The notes under the pieces: generated by a model | The model's input: the letters and a program-made list of their open reading frames with translations, nothing else | What the model was told of the DNA's origin: nothing | Databases searched by the model: none | Position numbers and translations under genes: made by a program | Shown: positions 63,501 to 64,000 of the stretch, one piece after another | Layout of the letters: each line of letters opens with the position of its first letter | Numbering within the stretch: the stretch's first letter is position 1 | Source: Calditrichia bacterium | Lineage (GTDB): Bacteria > Calditrichota > Calditrichia > JAJRVZ01 | DNA length: 64,000 nt | Reading direction: 5' to 3' | NCBI GenBank assembly: GCA_963796965.1 | Contig: CAWCNS010000009.1 | Coordinates: 384,001 to 448,000, forward strand

Positions 63501-63621
63501 GGCTGTGGCCATTATCTTTGGGCTGCTTTTTGCAACGCTTTTTACGTTGGGATTTGTCCCGGTGATGTACCGGATCTTTTTCAGGGTGAGATTTAAGGAT
63601 TATAAGGTGGGGGAGAGTTAA
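60523..63621 (+). CDS. RND efflux permease (AcrB/AcrD/AcrF family)
   Basis: 1032 aa; PGASPE.VE, LGLLVDNAIV, GIVINNAIV, RIRPILLT. Confidence 0.95.
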   Translation: MNITQFSIEKKRVLFTFLFVIFVTGIMTYMNMPRSEDPGFVIKNAVVLTYFPGASPERVELLITDKLEKTIQEMPELDNIMSESKPGLSIVYVNIQEKYRVMRPIWDNLRRKVNAAKQDLPKGIYGPFVNDEFGDVFGSQISITGEGYTYAELKQIADECRNELLLIPEAAKVEITGAQEERVFVEFNNARLAEIGISPGQLSQILQSRNIIFPGGEIFTDDEQMILEPSGNFESIEELRQTVIRHPQKNNLIYFGDIAYIHRGYIDPPASKATHNGDPALVLGVSLREGGNIIVLGEDINKKVERFKEVYPIGVDFNIIYSQPYYVQKKIDEFTNSLLQAIAIVIVVMLIFLGLRTGLIISSLIPMSILMSIMIMGFFNIGLDQMTIAALIISLGLLVDNAIVMSESIMVGISEGKKAMKAAMDSAKELRVPLLTSSLTTAAAFLPIYLAESSTGEYAGPIFKVVAITLISSWILSLTMTPLMCVLFLKVKRHNEGYSNRFYQFYSNSLLPMLKHPILTIAATFLIFFGTMQLGPYIPSIFFPPNDKAVMYAEFRLPVGTPLSKTENMIYKVEEFFKNNMIADYDEEGNIVKDGIIDWTSFIGSGAPRFYLSLMAEQQSPEYAYIQINVTDRWKMDFDFRPAIENFCLEHFPDLNLVVSPLLLGPPVAAPLQIRVSGYETDEVFDLADKVEAVMASIPGITEIRNDWGARTKKILVKINQPRARRAGLTSQDVALSLQSILSGIQTTEYREGDESIPVILRSESGDRKDIGKLESHKIYVQATGQSVPLLQVADIEVAFQPSKIKRRNRLKTVTVSGYTLPGYNAIALTQEVDKILAEDKKNWPIGYLYELGGEFESSGKANESLGAKFPIAFLIIVLLLVGQFDSIRRPVIILLTIPLGMVGVFIGLFITQEPLGFMAILGVISLAGIVINNAIVLIDRIKIEIEEHGLAPAQAIIQAAKRRIRPILLTTATTIGGLIPLWLGGGAMFRSMAVAIIFGLLFATLFTLGFVPVMYRIFFRVRFKDYKVGES

Positions 63622-63632
63622 AAACGATCTGT

Positions 63633-63800
63633 TCAGACTGTATTTATTGCATAAATATTAACGGATTCTTTTTTTCCTTTTAAAAGAATATCCCCAAGAA
63701 ACTCAAAACCATAATCTGTTTGTCCATTAAAATTATTTTTCAATTCTTCTGAAACAAGTAATTTTTGTTGATATTGATTGCATTGATCCTGTATGCGGCA
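63633..63800 (-). pseudogene. C-terminal remnant of a class III cyclase
   Basis: RIQDQCNQYQQKLLVSEEL...LGDILLKGKKESVNIYAI* aligns with RIQGFCNKFDKQLLLS...LGEVELRGKEGLVEIF at 28676-28850. There is no intact upstream frame. Confidence 0.65.
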
Positions 63801-63881
63801 GCAAAGATATCTTCATCACCGCTGCTATAAAATACATTATCTTCGACCAAGAGCAAATCTATAAAAAAACCTATGATAGCA

Positions 63882-63998
63882 TTATTCCGGCAGACCGGCT
63901 TTTTTAACGATGGCTTTAAAACGAGGATCTGAGCGATAGGATTTCCAACCAGGATGGATATTTATAAAAATGGCACCTACCCGCACATCAACGGCCTT
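63882..63998 (-). CDS. C-terminus of a TPR-containing signalling protein (partial)
   Basis: KAVDVRVGAIFINIHPGWKSYRSDPRFKAIVKKAGLPE*. The RSDPRF..K.GL tail is typical of TolB-like/TPR kinase and cyclase proteins. Confidence 0.65.
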   Translation of the reverse strand, partial: KAVDVRVGAIFINIHPGWKSYRSDPRFKAIVKKAGLPE

Positions 63999-64000
63999 TT

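Noticed and set aside
1..64000. CRISPR array, tRNA, rRNA, integron cassette array
   Set aside because: There are no regularly spaced identical repeats with unique spacers and no recognisable structural RNA genes. The palindromes lack consistent attC-type RYYYAAC/GTTRRRY ends, and there is no integrase.

Overview
A gene-dense, roughly 40% GC bacterial window from a diderm heterotroph. A FlgD-Ig-type C-terminal domain, many lipoproteins and a sigma54 activator suggest an FCB-related lineage such as Calditrichota/KSB1, which is an inference. The left end has an ABC-permease tail, a LolA-like protein, a rifampin-phosphotransferase-like PEP-utilising kinase coupled to a divergent PlsY, a beta-barrel and an SGNH hydrolase. 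A minus-strand glycan locus follows (1197-aa unknown CAZyme-like protein, sugar porter, GH106, GH38, CBM9/DUF5916 barrel, propeller-DUF4091-like protein). The middle holds a subclass B1 metallo-beta-lactamase, a methyltransferase, DinB, a cyclase, a BNR sialidase-like protein, an acyl-CoA dehydrogenase, a Fe-S protein and two sulfatases. The right end has a sigma54-controlled oxidoreductase run with its promoter and enhancer sites, and an RND efflux operon with an unusual TolC fusion. About 13 genes between 10.7 and 48.3 kb are split by small frameshifts, most likely read or assembly errors. No rRNA, tRNA, CRISPR array or transposase was found. The most striking unexplained structure is intergenic: a nested set of non-autonomous elements. 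MITEs with target duplications contain palindromic REP-like units, and these carry 22-40 nt hairpins inserted at the same position, with filled and empty alleles side by side. A 1.5-kb gene insertion flanked by a 45-bp direct repeat is also present.
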